Below are positions 9,801 to 19,004 of a DNA stretch of 64,000 nt, one piece after another. Where the stretch lies: IMG/VR virus record IMGVR_UViG_3300036985_008365, positions 3,669 to 67,668 of that record; one strand, 5' to 3'. Made by a program: the position numbers and the translations under genes. The first letter of the stretch is position 1. Each line of letters starts with the position of its first letter. Under the pieces are notes generated by a model, which was not told where the DNA came from, made no database searches, and saw only the letters and a program-made list of their open reading frames with translations. This DNA comes from a virus.

Positions 9801-11237
9801 ATGGCTTTTGATTCAACATATTTAGCCCCCAACGGAAAACCAAGCAATTTGACGCCTGAACAATACCGCTTGGTACGTTCTCCCGAATTTAAGGCGTGGT
9901 TCGGTGATTGGCAAAACGACCCTGCAAATTCAAGTAAGGTAGTAGATGAAAATGGAGAACCTCTTGTAGTTTATCACGGCTCTTATGATTATGGTTTTAC
10001 TATTTTTAGTAAAAAATATAGAGGTAATACAACAGGTGCTAAATCATCTAAAAAAGGATTCTTTTTTTATGATAAAAAAGAGGATTCTGAACAATTTGCT
10101 AAAAAGAGTGCAAGTGGTGGTGTTTATGGAGTTTTTTTAAAGATTAAATATCCAAACATAAAAAACTATAATTCATATAATGTAGATGCTGATAAAGAAT
10201 TAATAAAACTTATAAATAGTTTTGAATTTGATGGGGCGATAGCATTAAATATTAAAGATGGGTTTGATATTGGTAATCAATATGTAGTTTTTGAACCCGA
10301 ACAAATCAAACTTGCCGATGGCACTAACACTACATTCGATGGTAACAATCCCGATATTCGATATGCAAAAGGTGGACGCACAATGTCTCAAACCCCTTCA
10401 CCAACAAAAGACCGAGTTTACGGAAGTCAGGTAAACCCTAAAAAAAGTTCTTCTAACCTATCAAGCGCCTTAAAAATTGAGTTCTCTGCGGAAACAACAA
10501 AAACAATTAAGGATAAGGTAGAAAAACATAATGCTGAATACCCGAATAAACAAATTACTGTCGAAAGCGCAAAAGCAGTTGTTCGAAGAGGTATGGGTGC
10601 TTATTCAAAATCACACAGACCAACGATAAGTGGCGGTAAACCCAATAGCAGAGTTGCTTGGGGCTTGGCAAGATTAAACGCTTTCATATACAAAATTCTG
10701 AAGGGCAAAAGCAAGTCAGGAAAATACAAACAAGACGACGACCTTATTTCGGAACTTGGCTACAAAGTTTCTCGTTTCGATAATGGCGGTAAAACAGATA
10801 TACCAACAAGATTTTTTGGAAGTCAAGGAGGCGGAGTTTTAATTTATTGTAAAACAACAAACCGTATACTTTTATTGTTACGCAGTCCTTTTGTTTTAGA
10901 GCCGTTTACGTGGGGCACTATCAGTGGGAAAGTAGAAGTTAATGAACAAATAGAAGATACTGTAAAACGGGAGGCTTATGAGGAAACGGGCTTTGAATTA
11001 AAGACGATTTACCCCTCCTATGTATTTGAAAGACCTAACTTCAAGTTTTTCAATTTTATCTCAATTGTCGAACAAGAGTTTGAGCCTCAACTTGATTGGG
11101 AAAATATTGATTACCTTTGGACAAGTTTAGATAATCTGCCTGAAAATTTGCACTTTGGCTTGGTGGAGTTGTTGAAGCACGGAAAAATCCAAGAGACTGT
11201 AAAACAATTGACTTCGAGGTTCAAAACGGGCGGTTAA
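9801..11237 (+). CDS. ADP-ribosyltransferase (ART-PolyVal-like) + unknown module + NUDIX hydrolase, [YF]xxGG-linked
   Basis: FKAWFGDW..SKVVDENGEPLVVYHG..QYVVFEPEQIK; NUDIX box GKVEVNEQIEDTVKREAYEETG; linkers YAKGG and FDNGG; ends FKTGG-stop. Confidence 0.8.
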   Translation: MAFDSTYLAPNGKPSNLTPEQYRLVRSPEFKAWFGDWQNDPANSSKVVDENGEPLVVYHGSYDYGFTIFSKKYRGNTTGAKSSKKGFFFYDKKEDSEQFAKKSASGGVYGVFLKIKYPNIKNYNSYNVDADKELIKLINSFEFDGAIALNIKDGFDIGNQYVVFEPEQIKLADGTNTTFDGNNPDIRYAKGGRTMSQTPSPTKDRVYGSQVNPKKSSSNLSSALKIEFSAETTKTIKDKVEKHNAEYPNKQITVESAKAVVRRGMGAYSKSHRPTISGGKPNSRVAWGLARLNAFIYKILKGKSKSGKYKQDDDLISELGYKVSRFDNGGKTDIPTRFFGSQGGGVLIYCKTTNRILLLLRSPFVLEPFTWGTISGKVEVNEQIEDTVKREAYEETGFELKTIYPSYVFERPNFKFFNFISIVEQEFEPQLDWENIDYLWTSLDNLPENLHFGLVELLKHGKIQETVKQLTSRFKTGG

Positions 11238-11273
11238 ACAAAACAGCCAAAAATTATTTAACAAGTTAAAAAA

Positions 11274-11462
11274 ATGGGTAACGACGAACAAAAACTTAAA
11301 AATATTGAGGACAGACTTTCTGTTGTGGAGCAATATCATAAAAACTTAACACCTAAAGGTGATTTGAAAACAGTTTTTAGTGTTGTACCTTTACTTGTTT
11401 TGACAACGACTTTAGGTCTTCTACTCGGTTATAATTTTTACAAAGTATTCAAAAGCAAATGA
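11274..11462 (+). CDS. Small membrane protein
   Basis: 62 aa, C-terminal hydrophobic helix followed by basic residues. Confidence 0.6.
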   Translation: MGNDEQKLKNIEDRLSVVEQYHKNLTPKGDLKTVFSVVPLLVLTTTLGLLLGYNFYKVFKSK

Positions 11463-12154
11463 AATTTTCAAAGCAAGAGAAGTTGATTATAGCGGGAGCG
11501 GTAGCAACGTCGGTTGTGCTTGGGATTGTTGTGTTTATTTCTATACGAAACAAAAAGAGAAAGTTGACAAAATTAAACCCTTATCAGAAAAAATTAAAAG
11601 ACGTCGCTGAAGCGGACTCTAAAAAATGGGCGGGTAAAAAAGAAACCGACCCTGAAGTAAGTGATTTTTTAATAGGCTATTGGAAACTACTCGGCAACAC
11701 CTTTACACCCGCTCAAATGCAGTCGCCTTCATTTCAAGATAAATGGTATTGGTCATCGGCATACGTTAGTCATTTGTTAAATTCAGCGGGCTTCAATTTT
11801 AAGCCAAGAAGTTATCACTCCACGTATACGGTGGATGCAAAAGAAAACAGAACACAAGGTACAAAAAATGCTTTTTGGGCTTTTAGACCTACTGAAAGCA
11901 AAAAGGTAGAAGTTGGTGACGTTTTAGTCAAAAATCGCGGTGGAAGTAATTACACCTACGATACGATACAGAGAAGTGTTCCCGCTCATGGTGACGTAGT
12001 GGTTGACTTTTTAGAAAAAGACGGAAAACGATATGCGGTAACTCAAGGAGGCAACGTTGGTAATAGTGTTACCAAAACAAACTATGAACTTACTCCAAAC
12101 GACCTTGTTGTTAACCCAACTAAATTTATTGCACATCTTAAATACGAAAAATAA
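11459..12154 (+). CDS. Membrane-anchored DUF2272-like (CHAP/NlpC-type) peptidoglycan hydrolase
   Basis: N-terminal TM; YWSSAYVS, HGDVVV and GGNVGNSV motifs. Confidence 0.7.
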   Translation: MKFSKQEKLIIAGAVATSVVLGIVVFISIRNKKRKLTKLNPYQKKLKDVAEADSKKWAGKKETDPEVSDFLIGYWKLLGNTFTPAQMQSPSFQDKWYWSSAYVSHLLNSAGFNFKPRSYHSTYTVDAKENRTQGTKNAFWAFRPTESKKVEVGDVLVKNRGGSNYTYDTIQRSVPAHGDVVVDFLEKDGKRYAVTQGGNVGNSVTKTNYELTPNDLVVNPTKFIAHLKYEK

Positions 12155-12480
12155 TGGACTACAAAGATGCGCTTTTAAACGCCCCTATATGGATTAGAAA
12201 GGCTTACGACGAATTTGAAAAATTACCCGAAAAACAAAAACAAAATACCCCGTTTTTATATTTTGTTTTAGGGAAAGGCAAGGGCACGCCTCCGTTTAAA
12301 ATGTCAAAAAAAGAATCTAACTACAAAGCAAAAACAAACAACCCTGATTTTGTTTGTGGCAACTGTGTTTACTACTATTGGCACGTAACTAAAAAGAGGG
12401 GAATATGCTCTCAAATAAGAGGTGAAGTTGAGTATAATGGAATTTGTCGCCTTTGGGCAAGAGACTACCCGACAAAATAG
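12154..12480 (+). CDS. HiPIP-like four-cysteine iron-sulfur protein
   Basis: Y..CGNCVYY..GICSQIRGEVEYNGICRLW matches HiPIP Cys spacing. Confidence 0.6.
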   Translation: MDYKDALLNAPIWIRKAYDEFEKLPEKQKQNTPFLYFVLGKGKGTPPFKMSKKESNYKAKTNNPDFVCGNCVYYYWHVTKKRGICSQIRGEVEYNGICRLWARDYPTK

Positions 12481-12548
12481 TTGTAGAAATAAATTCTACA
12501 AAATAACCAATAAAAAAACTTTTTTTTGAATAATATGCCTGATTTTTT

Positions 12549-12556
12549 TATATTTG
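12549..12556 (+). promoter_or_regulatory. Bacteroidota sigma-A -7 element
   Basis: TATATTTG (TAnnTTTG consensus) shortly upstream of ATG 12575. Confidence 0.6.
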
Positions 12557-12574
12557 TAAAATAAATAATATACT

Positions 12575-12805
12575 ATGGATAAGGATTTAGAAATCGGTTT
12601 GAAAATCGACAAGGAACTTGAGTCTTTGTTTCAGTCAGGAAAACATGAATATACGGTAGAAGAGTTGGAAAATTCAGCACCCGAAGCGTATGAGGTTTTA
12701 TACGACTGTTGTGAAGAAGAAGACGAGCAAAATGGGTTAGAAACGTCTAATTACAAACTTATTGAAGACCCAAAAACTTTCAAATTCAAACTTTCGAAAA
12801 AATGA
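12575..12805 (+). CDS. Small acidic hypothetical protein
   Basis: 76-aa ORF downstream of a promoter. Confidence 0.6.
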   Translation: MDKDLEIGLKIDKELESLFQSGKHEYTVEELENSAPEAYEVLYDCCEEEDEQNGLETSNYKLIEDPKTFKFKLSKK

Positions 12806-13202
12806 TTAAATCATTCAACACATCAAGCGCTCCTTCTACGGGAGGCGGAGCAACACCAAGCGGAGCAACACCAAGCGGAGGCGGAAGCATGAATAAAATA
12901 ATCATGGCTGTAGTTGTCCTCGGGGCAATTTACGTTGGATACCGTTTCGTTGTTAAACCAATGATGGACGCTAAAAAAGCAAATCAAGACGCAGAATAAT
13001 GAATAAAGTAGTTCATTTAAACAGAAACACAATTTACCTTTTAGGAGGAATCGGAGCGCTATTGGGTGGTATCGTGGCAGTAATGTCATATATCAATTCC
13101 CGTGAGCATAGAGATTATCAGGCTCGCAATGCGAAACTTGAAAATGAAATTAAACTTATTGAGTTGGCTATGAAAAAAAGTCAAATCGACGGTATGTCTT
13201 AA
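12802..13202 (+). CDS. Two small single-TM proteins (12802-12999, 12999-13202)
   Basis: Overlapping start/stop codons; one hydrophobic helix each. Confidence 0.6.
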
Positions 13203-13483
13203 TTTTTCTCCAAAGAAAGGATTGTAGCGGTAGTGTACCAATGATTGTGCTTAAAGTTGCTTGAAAGATAGAACTTTACGGTAATCGTTTGTCCAACCTC
13301 GCAACCCTTGACTTGCTCTTCAAAGTATTCTGTTTTCGCGACAAAGTTTATTTTACGAAGTTTGTTGTGCCCAACCGCTACTGTTAAGTTAGAGAAGTTC
13401 TCCTCAAAGTTTATTTCAATCAATTCTCCTTTGACCTGATTGAAATACAACTGTAAACTGTTTTTGCTAAATTCTGAACTCAT
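13199..13483 (-). CDS. DUF3127-like OB-fold ssDNA-binding protein
   Basis: VKGEL..INFVA..EVGQTITVKFYLSS..WYT pattern; probable start MSSEF at 13483. Confidence 0.55.
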   Translation of the reverse strand: MSSEFSKNSLQLYFNQVKGELIEINFEENFSNLTVAVGHNKLRKINFVAKTEYFEEQVKGCEVGQTITVKFYLSSNFKHNHWYTTATILSLEKN

Positions 13484-13596
13484 ATTTTGCTGTATCCTTA
13501 AATTTTGTTTAACCAAAATTAACTTTTTTGACGGAAAGAGTGTAAAATCTGCCTGAAAAAAAATCAAACGTTGGTTACGTTGTAATAAAAATAAGT

Positions 13597-13604
13597 TATA
13601 TTTG
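13597..13604 (+). promoter_or_regulatory. Bacteroidota -7 promoter element (near-leaderless)
   Basis: TATATTTG 4 nt before ATG 13609. Confidence 0.55.
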
Positions 13605-13608
13605 TACA

Positions 13609-14082
13609 ATGAATAAAGTCATAACAGATAATGTCGTTAATACTGAAATCCAACAAGAGGTCAAGAAATTGTTGCGTAACATCAGCAACGGCGTGTCAAA
13701 ACTGTCAATTTCCAAGTTCAATAGAATTTTAAGCCAAGTCATAACCAAGTACACAAGTAATAGCGACGACATTGACGCAATTATGAAAATCATTTGCTCA
13801 CACTTTAATATAACAGAAGAAACGTTATATAATAGTAAAAGTAAAGGCGACGTGTACACGGCAAAACTTATCGCTTTTAAAATTATGAACACAACTCTTG
13901 GAGTCTCCGCGAGTGATATTGGAAAAAAATTTAACAGATACCAAAACTCTGTTTCGTATGCAATCAAAAAGTTTCATGGGTTAGAACCAAAAAAGCGTGC
14001 TGACGACAGAAAAATAATGGACGACTATACAGCAATAATGTTAGACGTCAAAAAGTATACAAATTCAAAAATCATCGAATAA
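13609..14082 (+). CDS. DnaA C-terminal-like HTH DNA-binding protein
   Basis: IICSHFNIT..L..SK..AKLIA..DIGKKFNR..SVSYAIKK. Confidence 0.7.
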   Translation: MNKVITDNVVNTEIQQEVKKLLRNISNGVSKLSISKFNRILSQVITKYTSNSDDIDAIMKIICSHFNITEETLYNSKSKGDVYTAKLIAFKIMNTTLGVSASDIGKKFNRYQNSVSYAIKKFHGLEPKKRADDRKIMDDYTAIMLDVKKYTNSKIIE

Positions 14083-14093
14083 AATAAACAGCA

Positions 14094-15227
14094 ATGTCGA
14101 CTAAAGTTTATACAAAGCGCGGTAATACTTCAATGAAGGAGAAAAAAATGGTTGAACAACTTCAGGAAAAAATTGCTGAAATGGTTAATCAAGACCCTAA
14201 CTTTACGTTTGAGCCCGCGAACACCCCAATTGAACTTCAGCGTTTGTATGAAACGTATTGTGTTGAAGACGCAGAACTTGTAGACACAGCCAATGAAACG
14301 GTGAGTAGAAAGTCCGCTTCCGATGAATTTAAACAAGAGGTAGACGTTGAGGAGCGCGACCCCAATCAACGTATGATTGACCCTTTCAATAGAGAAGAGC
14401 CAATTGTTCGTGATTATGTTTTAAGCAGTGAGTTCCCTGACGAAAACCCCGAAACGCCAAAAGAAGGTGGTGGTACTTACGATGAGCCAAGGTCTTTTGC
14501 GGAGTCTTTTGAAATTCCCGTAGCGGGAGAAGAGCCCGAGCCACCAAGTAATACGGGTGGTCGATTTAACAAAGTCCCACGTCAGGAAGAGGCATCAGAG
14601 CCAATGAATCCGTCTTTTGACACAATGGACAGTGCCAAACAACGTAAAAAAACTAAACGTTTTGCAAAAAGTATTGTAAATTTAACTTGCGATTTGCTTG
14701 AGAAGGGTTTTGAGTGGTATGTTTTAAAAGATATAAGCGAGGCAAAACTGACTGAATATGAGTTGAACGGCGAAATGGACTTGACTATTTTGTTAGACGT
14801 CAGTGAAAACCAACAAATGACTGTTAAGGAGTTTTTCCTTTCACAACACCAAGTTGTTAAAAGCGAGTCTCAAATTGACGCTGAAGATAGAGAAGATTTA
14901 ATTGAGGCTCTAACGGAGGTCTTTTTGGAAAAAGGAATCGCTCCAACACCAACGCAAGATTTACTTTTAGTTGGTGCAAGAGTGGTCGGTTTACAAGTGA
15001 TAAAAGCCGTAGGAATAACAAATTCAAACAATTCAGTTTTGAGTCAGTTGCGAAGCATGAAAAAAGAAGAAGTGCCTTATCAAGAGTTTAGAGAGCCGAC
15101 ACCTCCACCGAGACAGCCCGAGCCCTTTTATCAACAAGAGCCGTCGCCACAACAGCCACAACAGCCACAACAGCGACAAATAAGTGACTACGATATTATG
15201 TTTCCTCAAGAGGAAGTAAAAGAATAG
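14094..15227 (+). CDS. Acidic protein upstream of the packaging ATPase
   Basis: 377 aa, E/P/Q-rich, weak hydrophobic segment near the C-terminus. Confidence 0.6.
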   Translation: MSTKVYTKRGNTSMKEKKMVEQLQEKIAEMVNQDPNFTFEPANTPIELQRLYETYCVEDAELVDTANETVSRKSASDEFKQEVDVEERDPNQRMIDPFNREEPIVRDYVLSSEFPDENPETPKEGGGTYDEPRSFAESFEIPVAGEEPEPPSNTGGRFNKVPRQEEASEPMNPSFDTMDSAKQRKKTKRFAKSIVNLTCDLLEKGFEWYVLKDISEAKLTEYELNGEMDLTILLDVSENQQMTVKEFFLSQHQVVKSESQIDAEDREDLIEALTEVFLEKGIAPTPTQDLLLVGARVVGLQVIKAVGITNSNNSVLSQLRSMKKEEVPYQEFREPTPPPRQPEPFYQQEPSPQQPQQPQQRQISDYDIMFPQEEVKE

Positions 15228-15231
15228 AATT

Positions 15232-16056
15232 ATGGGAGAAAGAGAAGCGGGAATGATGGCTACCACGGGTATTCAGGGGGTTGGAAAAACCTACCAAAAT
15301 ATGTACGTGATAAAAGACTATGTAAAAGATAAGTTCTACAACAAAGTCCGAGGTCGTAAATGCCTTATTTTTGACACCAACGGCGAGTATACGGTAAGTC
15401 AATTTGCCAATAATGATATTCATAATTTTGACCCAAAACGGATTGCCCTCTCCGACGTGGGTAAATGGAGTAGAGAAGACCTAAAAGAGTGCCGAAGAGT
15501 TGACGCTAAAAATCTTTCAATTAGAGAAAAGAAGGAAGCAATTGAGCACATAATAAAGGACTTTAGAAACGGTATGTTAGTTTTGGAGGATATTAACACC
15601 TATATTCTAAACATGACCCACATGGAGGATATTGTTAGTGGACTTGTAAACTTACGCCACAGAGCCGTTGATGTATTGATTTCTTATCAGTCGCTCCGTC
15701 CCGTTGAGCCAAGAATTTGGCAAAATGCGCGTTGGGTACGGATGCACTATCAGGCGGACAACGTCAATGATATAAAGGGCAAGGTTACAAACCCAATAAT
15801 GTTTAAAATCGCTCAAAACATTGTTAACAACAGATATTTGGACGGAGACAAACGTTTTTTCCTTTATATTCATAACTTTGGGCAAAAAATAGAAGGAAAG
15901 TTCACAAAAAAAGAATTTGAGCAAGCGTGCCGAGACTATATGTTGAATAACAAAAAAATAATCAAGGAGTTCCGAGACGTGTCGGGTTGTTCACAAGAGG
16001 AGGCTATTAAAGGTCAAACTCAAATTTATATGAAGCAGTATTACGGAAATATTTGA
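15232..16056 (+). CDS. FtsK/HerA-superfamily (A32/P9-like) genome packaging ATPase
   Basis: Walker A GIQGVGKT; Walker B MLVLED; LRH Arg-finger followed by VDVLISYQ sensor; 274 aa with no nuclease domain. Confidence 0.8.
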   Translation: MGEREAGMMATTGIQGVGKTYQNMYVIKDYVKDKFYNKVRGRKCLIFDTNGEYTVSQFANNDIHNFDPKRIALSDVGKWSREDLKECRRVDAKNLSIREKKEAIEHIIKDFRNGMLVLEDINTYILNMTHMEDIVSGLVNLRHRAVDVLISYQSLRPVEPRIWQNARWVRMHYQADNVNDIKGKVTNPIMFKIAQNIVNNRYLDGDKRFFLYIHNFGQKIEGKFTKKEFEQACRDYMLNNKKIIKEFRDVSGCSQEEAIKGQTQIYMKQYYGNI

Positions 16057-16277
16057 ATATGACTTTAGGATTGATAATTTATGTAATTTTGGTGCTTTTG
16101 GCAGTGACATTAGGTCAGTACCGAAGCGATATAGCGCAAATCAAAAGCGATATAAAATTCATTTACGATAAGGGAAATCCCTCGCACAAAATGTTCATGA
16201 GCATACTAATACCGCTAACGCTCCCTTTCACTATTCCCTATACAATTCGAAATATTCGTAGTAGAAGAAAAAAGTAG
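16053..16277 (+). CDS. Small two-TM membrane protein
   Basis: Two hydrophobic segments, basic tail. Confidence 0.55.
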   Translation: MNMTLGLIIYVILVLLAVTLGQYRSDIAQIKSDIKFIYDKGNPSHKMFMSILIPLTLPFTIPYTIRNIRSRRKK

Positions 16278-16334
16278 TCAGGTTTAAAATTTATTCAAAC
16301 ATAAAAACACAAATAACAAATAAAAATCAAGAAT

Positions 16335-16805
16335 ATGAGTATGTCCGTAATGTCGTTTGACTTGGAAAAATTTCCACACCTTATCAGCGTAAAAAATGCA
16401 ATTGAGTCGCAGAAGCGCTATATTGAATGTATGAACAAGCGTAAAGTTTTAGTCAAAGAAAACAACGCTGAAAAGAGTGAGTATCAAAAGAACGAAGACG
16501 AGATAGTTCTTTTACGAACAGATTGGGAGTTGGCGAAAGCCCACAAAAATCTTCGAGAAAAAGAGGACTATTTTAGGGATTTTTCTCAAAACGTAGCAAG
16601 TTACGTTGATGAGGTTAACGAAAAATATGACCAAGTTTTTTCTAAAGCAAAGTCGTTTAAGCCTGAAAAAAATAAGGTAATTTACGAACAATTGCAAGCG
16701 GAGTTCGACACGGTAAAAGACGTAGATATGGATATGGATTGGCAGATGCGTATTAAGCACTACATTACCTTGAAAACAATTTTGAACCCGAAAAAGCAAA
16801 AGTAA
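16335..16805 (+). CDS. Coiled-coil hypothetical protein
   Basis: 156 aa, helical and charged. Confidence 0.6.
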   Translation: MSMSVMSFDLEKFPHLISVKNAIESQKRYIECMNKRKVLVKENNAEKSEYQKNEDEIVLLRTDWELAKAHKNLREKEDYFRDFSQNVASYVDEVNEKYDQVFSKAKSFKPEKNKVIYEQLQAEFDTVKDVDMDMDWQMRIKHYITLKTILNPKKQK

Positions 16806-16806
16806 G

Positions 16807-17751
16807 GTGTCCGTAAGTATATCGTTGATACTATGTGTTAGCGGTGACTTTTGGAATAACAATGTGGTGGTTAAAAATACGCTCGAAAAATCGGGCGTAG
16901 GCTTTCAACTTTTAGTCGTAAACAAAACGCCGAGTGACCCTCGAGTGGAGACTTTGTTCAAATCAATTGCAGACTGTTATGTTAACGCGAGCGATTTTAC
17001 GAATGAAGTTTCCGCTCTGAACCACCTTTTATCAAAAGCCACGGGCGAGTTCATAGCAGTAGTGCCTGAAGAATTATTGTTGAGCGACAATTGGTTAATC
17101 AACACTTATTTTGACTTTCTGAATTTTGACCAAGTTGGCTGTTTGACAGTTCCACTGAATAATTATTGCGCGAATTTAACGCCCACTGAAACTCTAACAA
17201 AGAGTTTTGACTTGACGACGGTTCTTTGCTCCGATGACTTTGAGCATTACGGCGTTCAATTTTACTCAAAGCGCTCATTAAATTTGGTGGGTGCATACGA
17301 CGAAAGCCTTCCTTTAAAGTTATCAATACAACAATATTGCTACAGAATATGTATGACGGGAATTAAAGCCGTGTACTCTACGGGCTGTAGTTGCATAGCG
17401 CTCAACTCCGAGCCACAAATACCTGAAGACGAAACCTCTTTTTACAAAAAAGGTCTTCAAGCATTTAACAAGTTAAAAAACCCGTTCATTCAACTTTACG
17501 AATTGTCACCGCTTGAAGAGATTGCCTACCATGCGTTAGATACGTTGGCAACTGAACTTTCACCCGACTGTCAAAAGTTTTTAATTAAGCATACGGGTAA
17601 ATTTGGAATAGTTTTGAAAACACTTGTGCCCGATTCAATCAAAAAGATTGAAAAATACAGTAAAAAATACGGGTTCATTTATTCAATATCCTCCCACCCC
17701 GAGCCGAATAAACACTATCAATCGTCTTCTTTGACCGTAATTTTTAATTAG
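16807..17751 (+). CDS. Degenerate GT2-family glycosyltransferase-like protein
   Basis: ISLIL..LLVVN..ALNHLLSKATGEFIAVV..WL..VGAYDE; lacks a canonical DxD. Confidence 0.5.
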   Translation: MSVSISLILCVSGDFWNNNVVVKNTLEKSGVGFQLLVVNKTPSDPRVETLFKSIADCYVNASDFTNEVSALNHLLSKATGEFIAVVPEELLLSDNWLINTYFDFLNFDQVGCLTVPLNNYCANLTPTETLTKSFDLTTVLCSDDFEHYGVQFYSKRSLNLVGAYDESLPLKLSIQQYCYRICMTGIKAVYSTGCSCIALNSEPQIPEDETSFYKKGLQAFNKLKNPFIQLYELSPLEEIAYHALDTLATELSPDCQKFLIKHTGKFGIVLKTLVPDSIKKIEKYSKKYGFIYSISSHPEPNKHYQSSSLTVIFN

Positions 17752-17876
17752 ATACACTTTGTTGTTGTATTTAATTTATTGAGTTAGTCGATATAAACCC
17801 GCACTTTGCGATATTTTACAACCGTTTTTAACAACTTAAAAATTAAATGCCTTATTTAAGTTGTTTATAAAATAAG

Positions 17877-17884
17877 TAAATTTG
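17877..17884 (+). promoter_or_regulatory. Promoter of the capsid operon
   Basis: TAAATTTG, preceded by the inverted repeat AACAACTTAAA..TTTAAGTTGTT (about 17830-17865). Confidence 0.5.
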
Positions 17885-17912
17885 GTTCACAAACTAATTA
17901 AAATACACCAAG

Positions 17913-18020
17913 ATGATTTCAAAATCGGATTTGAAAATGATGGGGCTTACTTTAGTAACTGTGATGGTGGCGTTGGCTGTACATCAAAAGTTCGTAGCGC
18001 CTCGCATTGTAAAAAAGTAA
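17913..18020 (+). CDS. 35-aa membrane peptide (not in ORF track)
   Basis: MISKSDLKMMGLTLVTVMVALAVHQKFVAPRIVKK, read directly from the DNA. Confidence 0.7.
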   Translation: MISKSDLKMMGLTLVTVMVALAVHQKFVAPRIVKK

Positions 18021-18194
18021 ATTTCCCCACGGTTTTATTTCCGTGATGAAAGAGGAAACGTAAAAGTTATTTTTTGGATTTTTTCACTTTTCACTCTTGC
18101 TACCTACTCAAATGTAGGATTTTGCAATAGAGAGATAGAAGAAAAATAGCCACAGAACAAATTTTTTTAACAACGTCAAAAAAAAACTGAAACA

Positions 18195-18947
18195 ATGAAC
18201 TCAATTGAAAGAGAATTGTTTGGATTTATTGGGCAAGCCGAAGCAATGAGCGGGTTTGATTCCTATGACTCAATGGACGGAGATTCATTCGATTATTTCG
18301 ATGACTACGATTCATTTGATGATGGGTATGATACTGCATTTGATTATGCTTCAGGTAACACTCAAAACAGTCCGAATGTAAGTGACCCTTACGTTATTCA
18401 GTATGAAAACACCACGCTTGGTACTCTTACCGCTGTTATGTTTGGATACAACGACTTCTTCGGTCTTCCGCCTTTGTTCGGAAATCCCGTAGGTGTTACA
18501 GTAACCAACTTACAAGGTGGTACTTACTCACGTTTGCTTGCACAGTCGAACAACAAGTTCTTCAAGATAGGCAAATGGCGTTTTCAATCTGCTAACGCAA
18601 GTCAATTATCTCAAACTCTTACGTTGATACATTATGACGCGAATGGTAAACAATATTCAACTCCGTTGAATTTGTCAATCATGCGTGACGCTTATCAGTT
18701 CCAAAATGATATTTTGGACGTTACTAAACCCGTGACTGTGGACGGAAATACGCAGATTACGTTCCCATTGTTGGCAACAACAATCTTCGTAATCTCTATC
18801 TTCCCAATCCAAGTTATCAGTGGTAAGGCAGTTCTTAACGGTGGTACATCGTTGAACTCTGCTAAAGCACCGAGATTGTCAGGTAAAAACGTAGCGCCCG
18901 TTATCATTCAAACAACTCAAGGAGTTGCGGGAATTAGCAAGTCATAA
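18195..18947 (+). CDS. Candidate major capsid protein (single jelly-roll-like) with acidic N-terminal propeptide
   Basis: D/Y/F-rich leader, then about 150 aa of beta-strand-like sequence; long leader region and strong terminator; close to the packaging ATPase; two paralogues in the window. Confidence 0.6.
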   Translation: MNSIERELFGFIGQAEAMSGFDSYDSMDGDSFDYFDDYDSFDDGYDTAFDYASGNTQNSPNVSDPYVIQYENTTLGTLTAVMFGYNDFFGLPPLFGNPVGVTVTNLQGGTYSRLLAQSNNKFFKIGKWRFQSANASQLSQTLTLIHYDANGKQYSTPLNLSIMRDAYQFQNDILDVTKPVTVDGNTQITFPLLATTIFVISIFPIQVISGKAVLNGGTSLNSAKAPRLSGKNVAPVIIQTTQGVAGISKS

Positions 18948-18971
18948 TAGACCAACTATGTAAAGATATAC

Positions 18972-19004
18972 AAAAGGCAGAGGCAGTGTGCCTTTGCCTT
19001 TTTT
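18972..19004 (+). terminator. Intrinsic terminator
   Basis: AAAAGGCAGAGGCA-GTG-TGCCTTTGCC-TTTTTT. Confidence 0.85.

Noticed and set aside
623-11237. TATGCCAAAGGCGG-like DNA repeats as a CRISPR array or DGR target
   Set aside because: Spacing is irregular and long, copies vary synonymously in frame, and no cas or reverse transcriptase gene is present; the repeat is at protein level.
18041-18060. Hammerhead-like GUGAUGA..GAAA in the capsid leader
   Set aside because: Lacks the CUGANGA core and a three-stem arrangement.
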